64,000 nucleotides of DNA from Dudresnaya verticillata. Taxonomy: Eukaryota. Under the pieces are notes generated by a model. The model had not been told where the DNA came from. It was given only the letters and a program-made list of their open reading frames with translations, and did no database searches. The stretch spans positions 1,488,001 to 1,552,000 of the forward strand of contig OZ374563.1 of assembly GCA_977862235.1 (NCBI GenBank), in the 5' to 3' direction. The position numbers and the translations under genes are program-made. Shown here in pieces: positions 59,861 to 64,000 of this stretch. The stretch's first letter is position 1; every line of letters starts with the position of its first letter.

Positions 59861-60875
59861 CGTCGTCGCGCGTGGACACCACGGTGTGGGGGTGGACCCC
59901 AGTGGTCCCGTGCCTCGTCGGCTGACGTGGTCGAGTGGGTGTTAACACCTTTGAATTGCGAGGACGCGTGAGGCGGGTCGGGAATGGTGTAGACACCTCT
60001 TTCTCTTCCTGAGACGAGCAGGAAGAGGAGGCTGGCTGTCCCGTGAGGGAGCTTACCGAGCCTTCGTCATCCGATGGGGAGTTCCCCTTTGTGCCTCGGC
60101 ACCTTGTACGCGTGTGCGGCGCGGCACCTATCGAGGACAGCGAGCCCTCGGGTTCGCTCAGGTGGCCACAGAGGAGGTCCTCTTCAATCGGCTTGATAAT
60201 GGGGAGTTCCCCTTCGGTTGCGGCGGCTTTCTTTGCGGGCTCGGGGGCCGCGGGAGATAGCGACGGACTGTCTTCAGGTCCGATTTACGCGAGCCCAGTG
60301 TCGCCCATGAGAGTTCGTCGCGACTCTTTCGCGGGCTTCTGGGGTGATCCCCTGTATAGCACGTCGGATAGGATTCCGTCCGGCTGGTCGCCTACGACTT
60401 TCGCGCCGGCCGAGTGGGCTGGCGCAGGCGGTTGTTCCGCGGAGTTGTCCATGCGCGTTAACCGCGCCATCGCCTGGTTGTCGATGACTCCTGGCCGCGG
60501 CCGGCGGTCGCGCGCGGGGTTCAGCGGTGGTAGGTCCGCCAGCCCCCTCGGTATGCCTGGGGGCGCAGGTGCAGACACCAGTGTGGACGCGGGCGTCTCG
60601 GTTCGTCGTACTGGTGGAGCCCGGGGATTTAATTGGGATTTTCCCAAATTGTCAGTACCCCGCCGCGTCCTGGGAATTCGGTTTTCAGGACGCGGGGCGC
60701 TGACAGCCACACGCGAGGGAGGTACGTCGCGCTCTGTGCCCTTACGGACACGTCTGCACTCGCCCTGAGAGGCGTCTGAGGCAGCGGCGGCGGTTCTTCC
60801 TCCAGATTCGCGCGCTCCCGCGGCGTTCGGGCTTGCGCCCTTTAGCCCGGAGGTGCTATTCGACGTGTGTGCGGG

Positions 60876-61820
60876 TGTTGAGGACATCGTCGCTGGCGCC
60901 TCACGTCACGGGTCAGGTACCCCAGATGGTACCCTGGCACGCCTTCACCAAACCTTCCGGAGACGACAGCCCTTTTTCCGGGCTTCCAAAATCACGGCGC
61001 ATTTAGGCCTTTTGCAAAAGCAACGTGAAACGGGCTTCTGATTGGTTGGTACAAACCGCCTCCATTGTTAAGGAATACGGAGAGGTTGGAGTTGAACAAG
61101 ATGAGAAATGGAAGTCGCTTGACTTCGTTTACTGCAGTCGACCATCCGACATGGCTTATATCAGCTTTTCGGATGAGTTGCTGCGTGAACACAAACAAAA
61201 CAAATCATTAAAGAAACGCGCAAAATCCCTATCATCAAATGGGCGGGAAAAAGTAAAGCAATTAAATCTACCAAATCATACTCTCAGCACACTCACATCC
61301 GCCACCAATGGGCGGCAACTTGCACACCAGTGTTGCTAACTGCTGACATCAGCAATCCCTCTTGCGACCGCATTTCCTGCCATCCATATGTACTTCAACT
61401 TTGGGCGGGAACGTGAAAGTATCGAGTGTCCCCGCCTGGCTGCTGTCGGACAACACTGCACACCACGTGGCCGCACTTACGAGCTGAAGTCCGTCCATGA
61501 ATATCCAACTTGGATCATTGACCACGTAATCACCCAGATTTGCCTACGTGGCAGCTCTAAACCAACGTGTCGGCCGCACGACAGCTACGTGGCAAGTGTA
61601 AACCAACGTGTCGGCCGCACGACAACTGCATCTGCTGATATCACAAGCCAGGCTCCACGTAGCGCAAGTCCCTGCAGTACCAACTCAGACGCCATCAGCA
61701 CATTGCATGGCACGTTCATATGTACTTGTGGAGTACGGTGCGCGTCATACCAGTACCATTCCATGCCATACCACGTGCATCCATGTGGTTCAATCAGATC
61801 GTTCCACTTGGCCGTTCCTG
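60876..61820. mobile_element. Rearranged copia LTR pieces: + strand 60876-61065, - strand 61066-61820
   Basis: First 190 bp of the LTR, then an inverted LTR 3' part with a variant end (...CCTTAACA). Confidence 0.9.
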
Positions 61821-64000
61821 AGTTGGTTTCAACGCAGTGAGAACTTACCATCCAATTGCCTCTTCTTCCATATATCAAACAACAGGGAATACTCATTCGA
61901 GGACGATGATAGTATCCAACTGCAGTCGGGGCATCATGATGGGTATACGCGTACCCGTCAGGTTAGCGCAAGAGAACACAAAGTGTGCACACAAAGCAGT
62001 TAAGTTAGGATGACTAGCACATTGCAGCCTGGCATTTTCAGGTAGCGATCGCGAATAATCCGTGAAATGTAGTTCATGTGCGTACGCATTCAGGTGGTTG
62101 CAACTTGAGCTGTCTTGAGCGGATCGGTACGTCGTTAATATTTGACAGAGGCACAATTCCTCTGTCATGCGCCCGCGTTAATTCAGAACTGCCAAAACGT
62201 CATTAGACAAGACTTGAAGTTACGAAACCGTTGGTAGCGACCAGAGCCATGAGCAAGGTCTCATTCCCCGCGACGGTGCCGAGAGCCATCATGATGATCG
62301 CGCGTGTTCGCGTTCGCGATGTGTGGTCACACAAGCGCCGGGTGCAAGCCGAAATCGTCCGTTCAGAAGTGTTTGCCGGAAGTCTTTGGCGGTTGCAGGG
62401 TCTGGAACTGGAGATGGTCATGAGAAGATCTCGGAACGATGGGGGCATAGTTCTGAAAGGTGTACTTCGTTCTGGCGGAAGATAGCAGTCCCTGAGATAA
62501 CGTGGCATGCACGCGCGCTCTGGAGTGCGTTCCTTGCTGAATATGGCAAGGTCGGCACCGACGTTCGCCACATACCTACGAATGCAGCGCGCGCATTTTA
62601 CAAAACGAGATCTCGCCATCAATACCGCTCGTGGGTGGCCGAAACACAAATTTGTACAGACTACGTCAACTCCCCCACGTTTTCCACTACAAGCTCTGCC
62701 GTTTAGCGGCGGAATTTGCGCCATGTCAGGCGTTCTCCGCTGAACACGTAGCTGTGCTTTATTTTTGCAGAACAGTAATTGGTAAATCGATTATAATCTC
62801 GATAATTCTTATGAGATACGCTCTGTAAACATAACCTAGGTACAACCGGACACACCCCCACGTTCGTGATATAGATTGTGTCCGGCCAATGGATTCTGTG
62901 GCTGGCAAAATCATGGATACTGTTGGACCGTTGCCCTGCAGCGGTGGACGCCTTGCTTCACAGATTCCGTACTCCCTGGTCGTCGATGAAATCGACAGAT
63001 GAGGAATAACTGCGATAGGCATCGTACGACGGTGTCGGTCGCGTTACGGCGGTAAAGATACCCGGACGAGTTTCAGAAAGGACCCCAACTGTTTGTTGAA
63101 GTCGAACGGATATGTTGGTATACCAACGACCCGCCAGTGCCAACAAAACACCTGCTTTTCCTTAATCTCGAACAAATGGCTTCTAAACAATTTGCTCGCA
63201 TTTGCTAAGAATAACCATTGCTATTTACCAACTGCGGAATCGCTAGAAAGTGCTTGGGTTAGAACGTCGTCGTTTGCTAGGCCACCCACCTCCGCTCAAA
63301 CGGACTCCCCTACTGTCTGTACAAATGGTAGAGACAATTCAATGCTTCAGAATACTTGATCAATGCTCGCTATTTCATTTGACCAAACACGCGGTGTTGC
63401 GTCCGTAGCTCTTCTCCAAGATAGTGAAAACGATTGCAGGTCAGAAGGTGGTTTGAAAACCGTACGCTCTTTTTCCTGTCGGAGTAACAGTCTGTGCGTG
63501 AAACGGCCCTCTACCTTGTCCCAATGCTCTGCTTTCCCTGAGTAAGACTGGGTGCGTCCGATGGTTTCCAATTGTGGCAACGTCCGCAGCAGCGTTCGCA
63601 TGTAGTGTAACGGAACTCTGAGTTATTCCTCCTTCAAAGGGAGCAAAGCTGGAAGAGACGTGAATCCTTGAAGCCTTTAGAGGGTCCACATCAAACTCGT
63701 AACTTCCTAACACTCGTAGGAGATCTCCACTATTAGATGTTCCGCACTTTCTGGACATCTCCAGGCGATCTGGAACGGAATTAATGTTAACGCATTCACA
63801 CAGGTCTGAGAATGAAGGGAACACAATCATGAATGCCGTGCTTGCCGAAGAGGGAACCTGTGTGTGGGAGAACGCCGGGAAAAATGTAGTCGCTTCCCGT
63901 TCGGTCTCATCCGCATGCCCTGAGCGACATGCGCGAACTGAGAAAGTGTACAGTCTACTTTGGCTTTGATAGCCCCGCGAAGTATTCCATCGATTGATTC

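Larger units (their letters stand above)
55377..60875 (-). mobile_element. Chromovirus G4 remnant (3' LTR, antisense ORF, chromodomain, gag-like piece)
   Basis: Same layout as the G3 3' half; pre-LTR motif CCCCTCGCTAAGACGCGA resembles G3 CCCCCCGCTTAGACGCGA. Confidence 0.8.

Noticed and set aside
61821..64000. Possible host gene
   Set aside because: Only short ORFs with no recognisable motif; an intron-containing or decayed gene cannot be excluded without searches
1..64000. Assigning the host organism (my impression is a red-algal-type genome)
   Set aside because: No host marker gene is present, so this cannot be supported without a database search

Overview
This is a eukaryotic, almost entirely transposon-derived 64-kb block, with no host gene, RNA gene or CRISPR array that I can support. 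The first 18.9 kb is a nest of near-identical Ty1/copia elements, each with a single gag-pol ORF, ~1-kb TG...CA LTRs and a Hemivirus-type half-tRNAiMet PBS. They are inserted into each other in alternating orientation, and an ~7-kb block is repeated at an 8,504-bp offset. This nest sits in the gag of a Ty3/gypsy element (G1), which itself sits in the gag of a decayed chromovirus (G2). A large minus-strand chromovirus (G3, ~27.8-44.4 kb) carries a 3'-truncated LINE, a 2.8-kb cassette of two unidentified ORFs, and an intact ~737-aa ANTISENSE ORF between its chromodomain and 3' LTR. A second, divergent chromovirus remnant (G4, 55.4-60.9 kb) has a clear homolog of that ORF in the same position and orientation. 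This conserved Trp-rich antisense accessory gene is the best candidate for an undescribed system here. Also present are a full-length copia with a 5-bp TSD (44,900-52,221), a truncated Tc3-like transposon and a rearranged copia LTR. All alignments were done by eye and no searches were run. G1-G4 and V/X/Y/Z are my working labels.
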